Counted from the stretch's first letter, positions 46,531 through 56,262 are shown. The stretch: DNA of 64,000 nt from Candidatus Sericytochromatia bacterium (GCA_036676455.1 JAKFCW010000021.1:21367-85366); one strand, 5' to 3'. The notes: generated by a model not told the origin, from the sequence alone. Made by a program: numbers and translations.

Positions 46531-46584
46531 GTCACTCCCGCGAAAGCGGGAGTCCAGTGGATTCCCGCCTGCGCGGGAATGACG
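46531..46584. repeat. REP-like double-hairpin intergenic element, copy 2
   Basis: gtcaCTCCCGCgaaaGCGGGAGtccagtggATTCCCGCctgcGCGGGAATgacg. It matches copy 1 except in the spacer and the second loop. Confidence 0.85.
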
Positions 46585-46594
46585 TCCAGGGCGT

Positions 46595-48217
46595 CTAGCG
46601 AATCGAGAGGTTCCAGGGGCGGTCGGCGGGCAGCGGATCGGCGGGCTTGAACTTGCCAAGCCTCAGGCCCACCGCCTCGTACTCGGCCGAAAGATAAGCC
46701 TTGCCGCCGACGAAGGGACCGAGGCCCATGCCGATCCAGCCACCGACCTGCATGCGGCTGTCGTGGTACGACATCGCCCGGGTGAGCCCGAAGCGGTCTT
46801 TCGACGCGAAGATCTTGGGAAGCTCCTTCTCCAGCGACTCCTGACCCGCCCCCTTGAGCAAGTCGAGCTGGTGGGGCTTCAGCGAGTAGGTCAGCACCAG
46901 ATCGTCCCAGGCCTGGCTCTTGGGCAGCAGGCCCTCAATCTGGGGCATCTGCTTCTTCAGGCCATCGACTTCCTTCAGCGCATCCTTGATGAGCAACTTC
47001 ACCGAGTAATCGACTCCCTTGAGGCCCTCGGGACCGTAGGTCACCGCGTAACGGTGGCCCGTGCCGAACTCCCGGTCGATGGAAGGGCCCCAGGCGCCGG
47101 CGCCGGCGTAGAGCGCACGGTCGGAGTTGAGCGCCACGGTGGTCTGCAAGTACTTGCCCCGGTCGAAGTCCAGCGTGCGCTCGATGCCGACGTCGAAGGC
47201 GCCGCCCACCCGGGCGCTGGGCGGGAAGAGGGCGTTGATGAGATCGGTGCCGACCCCGGCGCTCTTCTGCCAGCCCTGGGCCGCCAGCTCGTCGACCTTG
47301 ATGATCTCCTTCTTGAGATCGAGGCCCATGCCAAAAGCATTGCCGCCAATACCCTTCACGCCGTCGCGGTTGAAGCCGACCCCGGCGCTGCCGGAGGCCC
47401 GACCGCCGACCCGGACGCCCTGGTAGAAAGAAGCCTGGCTGAGGTGCTTGCGGGCGAACTCCGAGGTGAGCTGCGAGGGGGCTTCAGGCCGCTTGGCCAG
47501 GGCCTTCTGACCCTTGAAGCGCTCGACGAGGCTCTCGATCAGGCCGGGACGCATCTCGGCGGCGGCCTCGCGGGCATCGGAAAAAATCTGACCCTTGAGC
47601 TGCTTGCCCAGGGAGAACATCTCTTCCTTGACCTTGGGGTTGACCTCGTAAACGAGCATCATCCGCTCCAGGGCCTTGGCCTCAGCGCCAGCCTGGGCGA
47701 TCGCCCCCGCCTGGAGGTTGACCTGGCCTAGCGAGAAGCCCGCCGAAAGTCCTGCGCGCAGCTCGGCTGCGGCGCCCGCGCCCAGCTCGGTCGCGTAAAC
47801 CAGCTCGAGCAGGCCCTTTGGGTTGCGGCGCAGGGTCGCCTCGGTCGAGGCATCCGCCAGCAGGGTCAGGCCGGGAAGCGGGGTGGGAAGCTGCGCGCCT
47901 GCGCGGACCTTGAGGCCGATGCCCTCGTACTTGCGACCATCCAGGCGCTGGGTGAGGCGCTTGAGCCAGTTGGGGCCCTGGTCGGCGATGTTCTGGGGCA
48001 GCGGGCTGCGGGTGAGGAAGTTGCCGAGATCCTTGCCCAACAGCAACTGGAGAACCGACTCGCCCTTCGAGGCGACCTCGGAGAGGGCCTTCTCGGACAG
48101 GGCCTTGCCGGCTTGACGCTGCACGGCGCCGGCGCCCGATTCGGCGGCCTGGCGCGCGAGCTTGCGGGCGGCCTCCTCCTGGAGCGTCTTGATGGCCTGT
48201 GCTGCGACGATCTGCAT
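46595..48217 (-). CDS. Hypothetical 540-aa protein, no family recognised
   Basis: Long ORF with balanced composition, whereas the antisense ORFs are Arg/Gly/His-skewed. It has a helical Lys/Glu/Ala-rich N-terminus and then Gly-rich strand-like segments. No signal peptide or TM helix is seen. Confidence 0.6.
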   Translation of the reverse strand: MQIVAAQAIKTLQEEAARKLARQAAESGAGAVQRQAGKALSEKALSEVASKGESVLQLLLGKDLGNFLTRSPLPQNIADQGPNWLKRLTQRLDGRKYEGIGLKVRAGAQLPTPLPGLTLLADASTEATLRRNPKGLLELVYATELGAGAAAELRAGLSAGFSLGQVNLQAGAIAQAGAEAKALERMMLVYEVNPKVKEEMFSLGKQLKGQIFSDAREAAAEMRPGLIESLVERFKGQKALAKRPEAPSQLTSEFARKHLSQASFYQGVRVGGRASGSAGVGFNRDGVKGIGGNAFGMGLDLKKEIIKVDELAAQGWQKSAGVGTDLINALFPPSARVGGAFDVGIERTLDFDRGKYLQTTVALNSDRALYAGAGAWGPSIDREFGTGHRYAVTYGPEGLKGVDYSVKLLIKDALKEVDGLKKQMPQIEGLLPKSQAWDDLVLTYSLKPHQLDLLKGAGQESLEKELPKIFASKDRFGLTRAMSYHDSRMQVGGWIGMGLGPFVGGKAYLSAEYEAVGLRLGKFKPADPLPADRPWNLSIR

Positions 48218-48353
48218 ATCCCCTCCATCGACCTGACGGCTTCTTAACAGTATCGGCCGATCGGAAGGAGAGATTCTTATCTCAGGGTTAGAGGAGAGTA
48301 AAATTCAGCTCCGAGCCCGAAAGGGCTGGCTGAAGGGACGGCGATCGCCTAGC

Positions 48354-48965
48354 ATGGACCCCATGCGTTACCTGATGATCAACAAGCCCTACGGGGTCCA
48401 GTCCCAGTTCTCGGGAGACGATCCCGCCAAGACCCTGAAGGGCTACGTGCCGGTTCCCGACGTCTACCCGGTCGGAAGGCTCGATCAGGACTCCGAGGGC
48501 CTGCTGCTTTTGACCGACGACGGTCCCCTGGCGCACCGGCTCACGGATCCCCGCTACGAGCACCCCAAGACCTACCTCGTGCAGGTCGAGCGCATCCCCG
48601 ACGAGCAAGCCCTCTCGCGCCTGCGGCAGGGAGTGGAGATCCAAGGCGTGATGACCCGCCCCGCCGAGGTCCGGCTGCTGGACGTCGAGCCCGACCTGCC
48701 GGAGCGGCCCGTGCCGGTGCGCTTCCGCAAGAACGTGCCGACCGCCTGGCTGGAGATTCGGCTGCGCGAGGGGCGCAACCGCCAGATCCGCCGCATGACC
48801 GCCGCGGTGGGCTACCCCACCCTGCGAATCTACCGCATGGCCTTGGGGCCGGTCTCGCTGGGCGACCTGCCTCCGGGGCAGTGGCGGGAGCTCGGCACCG
48901 ACGAGGTCGCGGCGCTCAAAACGCTCGCGGGCAAGCCCCGGCGCGCTAGGCCTGGGGGGAAATGA
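48354..48965 (+). CDS. rluE: RsuA/RluE-family rRNA pseudouridine synthase
   Basis: 203 aa with NKPYGVQSQF and the catalytic motif VGRLDQDSEGLLLLTDDG. Size and lack of an S4 domain fit RluE. Confidence 0.8.
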   Translation: MDPMRYLMINKPYGVQSQFSGDDPAKTLKGYVPVPDVYPVGRLDQDSEGLLLLTDDGPLAHRLTDPRYEHPKTYLVQVERIPDEQALSRLRQGVEIQGVMTRPAEVRLLDVEPDLPERPVPVRFRKNVPTAWLEIRLREGRNRQIRRMTAAVGYPTLRIYRMALGPVSLGDLPPGQWRELGTDEVAALKTLAGKPRRARPGGK

Positions 48966-49428
48966 CGGCGTCGCCCTTGAACTCGGCGGGCCGGGTGGAA
49001 TCCGGGGAGAGGCCCGCGTCGGCGATCGCCTTGCGCAGCGCGTCCGGCAGCGGAATCGGCCGGCCCTCGCGGTTCACCACCACGTGCGCCGTCCACCCCG
49101 AAGCAATCGTCGTTTCCGGATCGGAGCCGCGGGCGCCCCGCGTGACCTTGTAGGCGAAGCGCATGCTGCGGGTGCGGACCTCGTCCAGCCAAGTATGCAC
49201 CACCAGCTCGTCGTCGTAGCGAGCAGGCGCGTGGTAGCGAACGTTGGCTTCCACCACCACCACGAAGGCGCCCGACGCCTCCATCGCGTTGTAGTCCACG
49301 CCCACCGCGCGCAGGAAGTCGCCTCGCCCGACCTCGAAGTAGACCAGGTAATTCGAGTGGTAGACCACCTGCTGGGCATCGGTCTCGGCGTAGCGGACCC
49401 GAAGGGGAGAGAGAATCGCGTTTGGCAT
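48946..49428 (-). CDS. YbgC/4HBT-family acyl-CoA thioesterase
   Basis: 160 aa hot-dog fold with VRYAETDAQQVVYHSNYLVYFEVGR. Confidence 0.85.
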   Translation of the reverse strand: MPNAILSPLRVRYAETDAQQVVYHSNYLVYFEVGRGDFLRAVGVDYNAMEASGAFVVVVEANVRYHAPARYDDELVVHTWLDEVRTRSMRFAYKVTRGARGSDPETTIASGWTAHVVVNREGRPIPLPDALRKAIADAGLSPDSTRPAEFKGDAVISPQA

Positions 49429-49560
49429 GCCGTCCTACCTTTCTGGCTCCATGCTCGCAGGACCGGCTGCGCGACGCAAGCCATCGGCAGGTAGTTTGAC
49501 AAAAAGCCGCTCGCCCCTCAGGCTTATCGTGACGCTCAAGGATGATTTGGAGGTGCCTCG

Positions 49561-50451
49561 ATGGATACCACGACGAACCCGAGCCAGGCCAAGCGCGACA
49601 TCCCCATCAACCTCTTCCGGCCCCAGGCTCCCCTGGCCATGACCCTGGTCGCCAAGCGGCATCTCACTCCCGAGGGCCATCCCAGCGACGTCCAGCACAT
49701 GGTCCTGCGGTACCCCGAGGGCGCGTTCCGCTACCTCGAAGGCCAGAGCATCGGCGTGCTGCCTCCCGGCCAAAACGAAGCAGGCAAGCCCCACCAGCTG
49801 CGCCTCTACTCCGTGGCCTCCCGGCGCGCCGGCGACGACGGCATGGGCGACACCATCTCGCTCTGCGTCAAGCGCGTCCGATACACCGATCCCGAGACCG
49901 GCGAGGAGCGCCTGGGCGTCGCAACCAACTACCTCTGCGACCTCCAGCCCGGCGCCGAGATTCAAACCACCGGTCCGGTGGGCCGCACCTTCCTCCTGCC
50001 GGAGGACCCGGCGGTCCCGCTGATCATGATCGCCACCGGCACCGGCATCGCCCCCTTCCGCGCCTTCTGGGAGCAACTCGCCGCGACGCAGGCCCCCACG
50101 GAGGCCTGGCTCTTCTTCGGCGTCCCCACCACGCCCGAGATCCTCTACCACGACGAGCTGAGGCCCCTGGCCGACGCCGGCGCCCTGAAAGTCTCGCTCG
50201 CCATCAGCCGGGAGCAGCAAACCTCCGACGGGAAGAAGGTCTACGTCCAGCACCGCCTGGCGGAGCACGCCGACGCCCTCTGGCCCCTGATTGCCGATAA
50301 GCAAGCCGTGGTCTACATGTGCGGGATCAAGAGCATGGAAAAGGGCGTCGAGGAGGCCTTTGCCGCCATGGCCCAGCGGCATGGAGCGAACTGGGACGAG
50401 TTGCTGCCGCAATTGAAGAAGGCGCATCGCTGGCATGCCGAGACCTACTGA
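49561..50451 (+). CDS. Plant-type ferredoxin-NADP+ reductase
   Basis: RLYSVAS (the FAD RxYS motif), MIATGTGIAPFRAF, VYMCGIKSMEKGV and a C-terminal aromatic ...HAETY. Confidence 0.88.
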   Translation: MDTTTNPSQAKRDIPINLFRPQAPLAMTLVAKRHLTPEGHPSDVQHMVLRYPEGAFRYLEGQSIGVLPPGQNEAGKPHQLRLYSVASRRAGDDGMGDTISLCVKRVRYTDPETGEERLGVATNYLCDLQPGAEIQTTGPVGRTFLLPEDPAVPLIMIATGTGIAPFRAFWEQLAATQAPTEAWLFFGVPTTPEILYHDELRPLADAGALKVSLAISREQQTSDGKKVYVQHRLAEHADALWPLIADKQAVVYMCGIKSMEKGVEEAFAAMAQRHGANWDELLPQLKKAHRWHAETY

Positions 50452-50593
50452 GTCAGCGCAAGGCGTGCCCACACGGAAGGGTGACCCTGCGACTCCACCG
50501 AGGCCTCGCCTGGGAAGAGCACAAGGTCACCCATCGTCACGGTGACGTCGCCTCGAGGCGGATGCGGCAGGCCCTGGGCGCCTGTTCTAGCGC

Positions 50594-51970
50594 CTAGTCC
50601 TCGCTTTCCTCGATGATCCCGGCCTCGATCGGCGTATCGTCGGGGCTTTCCACGCCGGCGGGCCTCATGCGGCCGCCTTTGCCGTGGTCGCGGGCCTTCT
50701 GCCCGCCGCCACGCCTCGCCTGCTGGCCTTCGCCCCCGCGCCTCACATGCCGGTTCTCTCCGTCATTCCGGCGAACCTGACGGTTGGGGCGGTCCCGTTC
50801 GGGGCGATCGCCTCGTACGCGCTCCCTCCCCTCGCCGCCATCCCCCTCACGGACCTGGCCCTCGTTGCCCTGGCGCTCATGCCCCTCCGAGCGGTGGCGC
50901 TTGCCCTGGTTGTAATCGGGGCGCTCCTCGCCCTGGTGCGGTCGGGGACGGTTGCCCTGGTTGTAATCCGGCCGATCCGGCCGGTCGTAGCGATCCGGCC
51001 GTTCGTGCCGGTCGCCGCGATCCGGGCGGTTCCCCTGCGGGTTGCCGGGACGATCGTTCCAGTCGGGGCGATTGCCGTGCTGGTTCCCCGGACGGTTGCC
51101 CTGATTGTAGTCCGGCCGGTTGGGCCGGTCGCCGCGATCCCGGCGGTAATCGCGGGCCCGCTCGCGCCAGTTCTCCTGGTGGCGGTCACGCCGGCGGTCA
51201 TCTAGCCAGCCCTTGAAGTGGCGCGAGCCCCAGCGACCGCGGTAGTGCCGGAAGTCGTCGTCGTAGCGATGGCGATACTTCGAGCGGTAGGTGGGCCAGT
51301 AGTACTCCCAGTCCAGGTAGCCGTAGCGGTAGCGCGACGACAGGAAGTAGTACGGGTAGCAGTAGTCGCCGTAGCTGTAGAAGAGCGGGTAGGCGTACAG
51401 GCCGCTCAGGGCCGCGTTGTAGTAGGGCGAGTAGGCGTAAGGGTAATAGCAGTTGCCCACCAGGAAGTAGGGAACCCAGAAGTTCATGTAGCGGAAGTAC
51501 ATGCAGCGCGCGAGCGCGTTGTAGGTCAAGAGGTCGGGGATGATGCCGGGATAGGCTCCGTAGCCGCCAGGACCGAAGGAATCAGGACCGATCCCGCCCG
51601 GCACCCCCTGGCCGAAGCCCTCGGGAATCGCACCCGGCATGGGGCTCAGCCAATCACCGGCTTCCTCCTGGGGAATGGAGGATGGCAGATCCTCGTAGAG
51701 CTGATCCAGGCTGACGTTTCCGCCGGTCGGCAGGACAAGGCCCCGCTCGTTGACGGAGAGCGGCGGCTGAGGAGCTTGCGGAGCCGTCTGGAGCGGCTGC
51801 ACATCGCCGGGGAAGGCCGGGGCGAGGTCCTCGGGGAAGGCTTCGCCGGCGAAGGGCGCCAGCGGATGCGCGGGACCATCGGTCGGCGGAGTGGTCATCG
51901 CCGGGGTACAGGCGGAAATCAGAAGCGTCGCAGCAAGTCCGAGAGATCCGTAGCGCAGCACCTTTTGCAT
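50594..51970 (-). CDS. Large lipoprotein with Tyr-rich core and Arg/Asp/Asn/Pro-rich repeat tail (distant relative of 33730 and 34685 genes)
   Basis: Signal peptide plus lipobox LLISAC, with GAGGAGG upstream. Tyr-rich block: CYYPYAYSPYYNAALSGLYAYPLFYSYGDYCYPYYFLSSRYRYGY. The tail carries RPDYNQG(N/K)R three times. Confidence 0.65.
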   Translation of the reverse strand: MQKVLRYGSLGLAATLLISACTPAMTTPPTDGPAHPLAPFAGEAFPEDLAPAFPGDVQPLQTAPQAPQPPLSVNERGLVLPTGGNVSLDQLYEDLPSSIPQEEAGDWLSPMPGAIPEGFGQGVPGGIGPDSFGPGGYGAYPGIIPDLLTYNALARCMYFRYMNFWVPYFLVGNCYYPYAYSPYYNAALSGLYAYPLFYSYGDYCYPYYFLSSRYRYGYLDWEYYWPTYRSKYRHRYDDDFRHYRGRWGSRHFKGWLDDRRRDRHQENWRERARDYRRDRGDRPNRPDYNQGNRPGNQHGNRPDWNDRPGNPQGNRPDRGDRHERPDRYDRPDRPDYNQGNRPRPHQGEERPDYNQGKRHRSEGHERQGNEGQVREGDGGEGRERVRGDRPERDRPNRQVRRNDGENRHVRRGGEGQQARRGGGQKARDHGKGGRMRPAGVESPDDTPIEAGIIEESED

Positions 51971-52236
51971 GATCTTACCTCCTCAGCAGGGGAAGCCCGG
52001 TGACGTAAGCGGGCGCTCGGCCAGCTTTCCAAGGGCTCGCTCTTGCTCTGCTGAAGTGGAGTGTATGCAGGCCGTCGGGCGTCTGCAATCGTCGCTCCGT
52101 TGCTCCAAGCCTCGCTCGAACGCCCCGACCCTCCCTCGGAAGCCAGGCGGGATCCGCGTCGGACGCGGCATGGACCGGGGCGAGCAAGACTTGGTCCGGG
52201 AAGCGGAGAATGAATTGCTCGATCGCCTCTTGATGA

Positions 52237-52265
52237 TTGAACATTGGGCGTCCGGGCATTACACT
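52237..52265 (+). promoter_or_regulatory. Possible sigma70-type promoter for Che-II operon
   Basis: TTGAAC (52237..52242), a 17-nt spacer, then TACACT (52260..52265), in a locally AT-richer stretch about 85 nt upstream of cheW. Pattern match only. Confidence 0.3.
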
Positions 52266-52347
52266 GTGGGGAGAGGACACTCCCACGTGAGCAAACCGTG
52301 AGGCCCATCGCTTGACCGCCCTCCGGCACGCCTAGAAAGTTCCCCTG

Positions 52348-52821
52348 ATGCCCCCTTCGGCTCCCCTTCGTGCGCTGATCGTCAAGACCCAGGCCCATAC
52401 CTGCGCGCTGCCACTGGAAGAAATCATCGAGACCATGCGCCCCCTGCCGGTCCGACCGCTCGCCGGAACCCCACCCTTCGTGCGGGGCGTCGCCCTGGTC
52501 CGCGGCACGGGCTTGCCCGTCCTTGACCTGGGCGCCCTCCTCGGAGAGCCGGCATCCGAAGCGCCAGCCTTTCATGGCCTGACCCGTTTCGTGACCATTC
52601 GGGCAGGCGGTCGTTGCGCAGCGCTCGCCGTGGCCTCCGTCACGGGCATCGTCGCGTTCGCCGAGACGGACTTCGAGGCCCTGCCCCCGTTGCTCGCCGG
52701 AGCGGACGGGGTCGCCACCATGGGCGTCTCGGACGACCAGCTGATCCTGGCGCTGCAGGCCGCTCGGCTGATCCCGGCAGACCTCTGGCCCTTGCTGATT
52801 CCAGACGAGGAGGGGTCTTGA
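52348..52821 (+). CDS. cheW: CheW-like coupling protein (Che-II, copy a)
   Basis: 157 aa single CheW-like domain (CALPLEEIIETMRPLPVRPLAGTPPFVRGVALVRGTGLPVLDLGALLG). Confidence 0.78.
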   Translation: MPPSAPLRALIVKTQAHTCALPLEEIIETMRPLPVRPLAGTPPFVRGVALVRGTGLPVLDLGALLGEPASEAPAFHGLTRFVTIRAGGRCAALAVASVTGIVAFAETDFEALPPLLAGADGVATMGVSDDQLILALQAARLIPADLWPLLIPDEEGS

Positions 52822-54302
52822 CCGTTTCGATCGAGTCCTTCCACATCGATCGCTTCAAGGAACTGATCACCGACGGACTCGGCTTCCAGGTCGAGGACGA
52901 CGGCACGGTGCACCTGCATGCGCTGCTGCAGGAGCGCCTTCGCGACACCGGCAACCGGACCGCCGATGCCTACCTGGACGACCTCCACGATCCCGAGCGG
53001 CGTCACGCGGAGCTGCAGGCGATCGCCCAGCACCTCACCGTCGGCGAAACCTATTTCTTCCGGATTCCCGAGCAGTACCGCGCCCTCGCGGAGGCCGCCC
53101 TTCCCGATCGCCTGCGCGTGCGCCAGGGCCAAGGCCCCGTCCGGATCCTCTCGGCCGGCTGCGCCAGCGGCGAAGAGGCCTATACCGTGGCCCTGCTGCT
53201 GCGCGAGGCCATGCCCAACCTCGACCCACAGGACGTCTCGATCCTGGGCGTCGATGTCAATCCCGCCTTCCTAGCGAAGGCCCGCAAGGCACAGTTCTCG
53301 CCCTGGTCGCTGCGCGGCCTCGCCCCCGAACTTCGCGAGCGCTATTTCCGCGAGGAGAACCGGACCTTCCACCTCGACCCGACCGTCACGGCCATGGTCC
53401 GCTTCGAAGCGCGAAACCTCATGGCGGACGACGGCTGGGAGCGCGAAGCCTTCGACATCATCTTCTGCCGCAACGTCTTCATCTACTTCTCGCCGGAAGC
53501 CACCCGCAAGGCCCTTTCTCGCCTCACTCGGGCCATCGCCCCCGGAGGCTACCTCTTCCTGGGCCCCGCCGAGACGCTGCGCGGCATCTCCCGCGCGTTT
53601 CGCCTGATTCACACCCATGAGACCTTCTATTACCAGCAGGTTCACGCCGCCCAGGCCCCGCCGCCCGACGAGGCCCCCGCCCGTCCTGATGCCTCCTGGG
53701 TCGACGCGGTGCATCGCGCCTCCGAGCGCATCTCCACCCTCACCGCCGCTGGCGCCAAGCGCCTCACGCCCGACGCTCCCCTCTCCAAGGGCCGTCCGGC
53801 CTGGGAGCTCATGCCCGCACTCGAGCTCTTCAAGGAGGAACGCTACACCGAGGCCCTGGCCTCTCTTCGGGCGCTGCCGCCGGAGGCCCTCCGCGATGCC
53901 GACGTCCTCCTGCTGCTCGCCGCCATCCTGACGAACGCGGGCGATCGCCCCGAGGCGGAACGCGTCTGCCATGAGGTCCTGGCCCTGGACGCGTTCTCGG
54001 CGGGCGCCCACTACCTCCTGGCCCTCTGCAGCGAGCAGGCCGGTGACTTCGAGGCCGCGCGTCGCCACAACGAGACGGCCACCACCCTGGACCCGAGTTT
54101 CGCGATGCCGCGCCTTCACCTCGGCCTGCTGGCCAAGCGCAGCGGATCGTTCGAAAAGGCGCGCCGCGAGCTCGAACGTGCCCAGGCGCTACTCTCTCGC
54201 GAGGAGGCGCCACGCATGCTGCTCTTCGGAGGGGGCTTCAACCGTGAGGCCCTCATGGGACTTTGCGCCGCCGAGATCCGGCGCTGCCAGGAGGCGCCAT
54301 GA
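52818..54302 (+). CDS. cheR: CheR methyltransferase with C-terminal TPR-like domain
   Basis: The TTG start overlaps the cheW stop (TTGA). Motifs: [38 protein letters not shown]. The C-terminal ~170 aa form TPR-like helical repeats ([34 protein letters not shown]). Confidence 0.85.
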   Translation: MTVSIESFHIDRFKELITDGLGFQVEDDGTVHLHALLQERLRDTGNRTADAYLDDLHDPERRHAELQAIAQHLTVGETYFFRIPEQYRALAEAALPDRLRVRQGQGPVRILSAGCASGEEAYTVALLLREAMPNLDPQDVSILGVDVNPAFLAKARKAQFSPWSLRGLAPELRERYFREENRTFHLDPTVTAMVRFEARNLMADDGWEREAFDIIFCRNVFIYFSPEATRKALSRLTRAIAPGGYLFLGPAETLRGISRAFRLIHTHETFYYQQVHAAQAPPPDEAPARPDASWVDAVHRASERISTLTAAGAKRLTPDAPLSKGRPAWELMPALELFKEERYTEALASLRALPPEALRDADVLLLLAAILTNAGDRPEAERVCHEVLALDAFSAGAHYLLALCSEQAGDFEAARRHNETATTLDPSFAMPRLHLGLLAKRSGSFEKARRELERAQALLSREEAPRMLLFGGGFNREALMGLCAAEIRRCQEAP

Positions 54303-54802
54303 CAAAACCCGGAATCGACGCCAAGCTCGCCGAGCTGCGCTCCGCCTTCGACGAAAGCTTCGCCCAAGCGGCGGCTCCGCTGGAGGACGCGGGGGAACGC
54401 CTCCTGGCCATCCGGATCGGCGACGAAGGCTACGCCCTGCGTCTCAGCGAGATCACGGGCATCCAGGCCCTCCGCCGGGTCGTGCCGTTACCCGGAGGGC
54501 CCGAGGGCTTCCGTGGGCTCGCGGGCATCCGCGGACGGCTGGTCGCGGTGTACGGCCTCGCGGCCCTGCTCGGCATCCGCGGGGCGGGCGAGGAGAATTG
54601 GTTGGTCTTGACGCAGGGAGCCGAGCCCATCGGGCTCTCCTTCCCGGCGTTCGAAGGATTCCTCGAGGAATCCGCGCTCCACCCGGCGCAGGAACGGGAG
54701 TCGGAGCATGTTCGGGAAGTCCTGCGCACCGGATCCGTCGTCCGCGGGGTGATTCACCTCCCCTCGGTGTCCGACGCGATCATGAGGAGAACGAGGCCAT
54801 GA
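54299..54802 (+). CDS. cheW: CheW-like coupling protein (Che-II, copy b)
   Basis: 167 aa ([53 protein letters not shown]). ATGA overlaps occur at both ends. Confidence 0.78.
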   Translation: MTKPGIDAKLAELRSAFDESFAQAAAPLEDAGERLLAIRIGDEGYALRLSEITGIQALRRVVPLPGGPEGFRGLAGIRGRLVAVYGLAALLGIRGAGEENWLVLTQGAEPIGLSFPAFEGFLEESALHPAQERESEHVREVLRTGSVVRGVIHLPSVSDAIMRRTRP

Positions 54803-56262
54803 TTCGTTGGACGTTCGGGCAGAAGATCACCGCGGGCTTCGCGGTCACATTGGCCCTCACCCTGTTGATCGGCGGCGTGACCATCGCCACCCTTCACCAT
54901 GTGGTCGAGAAGAAGGATCGGCTCGTCACGCAGTATGCCGAGAACCTGATCTCCGCCCAGCTGCTGGATAGCCTGTATGCGAAGCAAAGCGCCCAGAACC
55001 GCGCCTTCCTCCTCACCGGGGATCAAACCTACCTGGTGGCAGCCCAGGAATTCCGAAAGGACTTCACCGGGACCGTCCTGGCGATCGACGCGAACCTCAC
55101 GAACCCCGATGCGCGCCGCCAGGTCGAACGCATCCAGACCGCCGAGGCCAGCTACCAGGCGGGCGCGAGGACGCTTCTCCAGGCCCGTGCGGTCGGCACG
55201 ACCAGCGAAACCATCATGCGCCGCTTCGAGTCGGAACTCGCGCCCCAGGCCGAGGCCCTCAGCCGGGAAATCGAGACCTTCAAGCGCCTGGAGCGCGACC
55301 TGCTCGAGAAGGCCAAGGAGCACTCCACGCAAGACGCCGAGCAGGGAAGCTTCTTGGTCTTGCTCATCGCGGCCCTGGCCTTGGGGATCGCCTCGGCGAC
55401 GGCCGTCGTGCTCACCCGTTCGCTCTCGCGCCAGATCGGCTCGACCATCCAGCACCTCCAGAGCTCGTCGAGCGAGCTTCACGCGGCCGCCAACCAGCAG
55501 GCCACCGGCTCCGGCGAGCAGGCTGCCGCGATGACCGAGGTCTCCACCACCATGAAGGAGCTGCTCTCCACCTCGCGCCAGATTGCGGACAGCGCCCAGC
55601 AGGTGGCCCGCATCGCCGAGGAAACCGCGACGGCCGCCCGCTCGGGCGATCGCAGCGTCGTGAAAGCCCAGGAGGCGGTCGCCATCATCAAGCGGCAGGT
55701 GGACCAGATCGTCCTCCACATGCTCGACCTGGGCCGCAAGTCCCAGCAGGTCGGCGGCATCCTGGAGATCATCAAGGAGCTGGCCGAGCAAACCAACATC
55801 CTGGCCATCAACGCCACCATCGAGGCAGCCGGTGCCGGAGAGTCGGGCAAGCGCTTCGCGGCCGTCGCCGACGAGATCCGCAAGCTGGCCGACCGCGTCT
55901 CCGGCTCGACGGGCGACATCCGCATGCTGATCGACGAGATCCGCACCGCCGCCAACACCACGGTCATGACCACCGAGGACGGCAGCAAGGCCGTGGAGAT
56001 GGGAGCCCAGCAGTTCGGCGAGCTGGCGGCCGCCTTCAACCAGATCGCGAGCCTGGTGGCCACCACGGCGGAGGCCGCCCGCGAGATCGAGCTGAGCACC
56101 AAGCAGCAGTCCACCGCCGTCGAGCAGGTCAACATCGCCATCTCCGACGCCGCCCAGGCCGCCAAGGAGACCGAGGCCAGCTCGCGGCAGACCCTGCAAA
56201 CGTCCTCCCAGCTGGCCGGCGTCTCGCGTGAGCTGGCCCAGATCGTCCGCGCGAGCCGATGA
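54799..56262 (+). CDS. Methyl-accepting chemotaxis protein (short, helical-bundle sensor, no obvious HAMP)
   Basis: 487 aa with two TM helices flanking a ~170-aa helical periplasmic domain. Signalling hairpin: [41 protein letters not shown]. Confidence 0.88.
   Translation: MIRWTFGQKITAGFAVTLALTLLIGGVTIATLHHVVEKKDRLVTQYAENLISAQLLDSLYAKQSAQNRAFLLTGDQTYLVAAQEFRKDFTGTVLAIDANLTNPDARRQVERIQTAEASYQAGARTLLQARAVGTTSETIMRRFESELAPQAEALSREIETFKRLERDLLEKAKEHSTQDAEQGSFLVLLIAALALGIASATAVVLTRSLSRQIGSTIQHLQSSSSELHAAANQQATGSGEQAAAMTEVSTTMKELLSTSRQIADSAQQVARIAEETATAARSGDRSVVKAQEAVAIIKRQVDQIVLHMLDLGRKSQQVGGILEIIKELAEQTNILAINATIEAAGAGESGKRFAAVADEIRKLADRVSGSTGDIRMLIDEIRTAANTTVMTTEDGSKAVEMGAQQFGELAAAFNQIASLVATTAEAAREIELSTKQQSTAVEQVNIAISDAAQAAKETEASSRQTLQTSSQLAGVSRELAQIVRASR

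Noticed and set aside
49480-49500. A perfect TTGACA hexamer upstream of the FNR gene, considered as a promoter.
   Set aside because: No acceptable -10 hexamer lies at a 16-19 nt spacing; the best TA-rich candidates are 20-23 nt away. I could not support a promoter call.
52169-52301. Small ORF (MDRGEQDLVREAENELLDRLLMIEHWASGHYTVGRGHSHVSKP) in the 377-nt gap upstream of Che-II.
   Set aside because: It has no Shine-Dalgarno and no recognisable fold or motif. It overlaps the AT-richer stretch that is better explained as the promoter region. It cannot be supported without conservation data.
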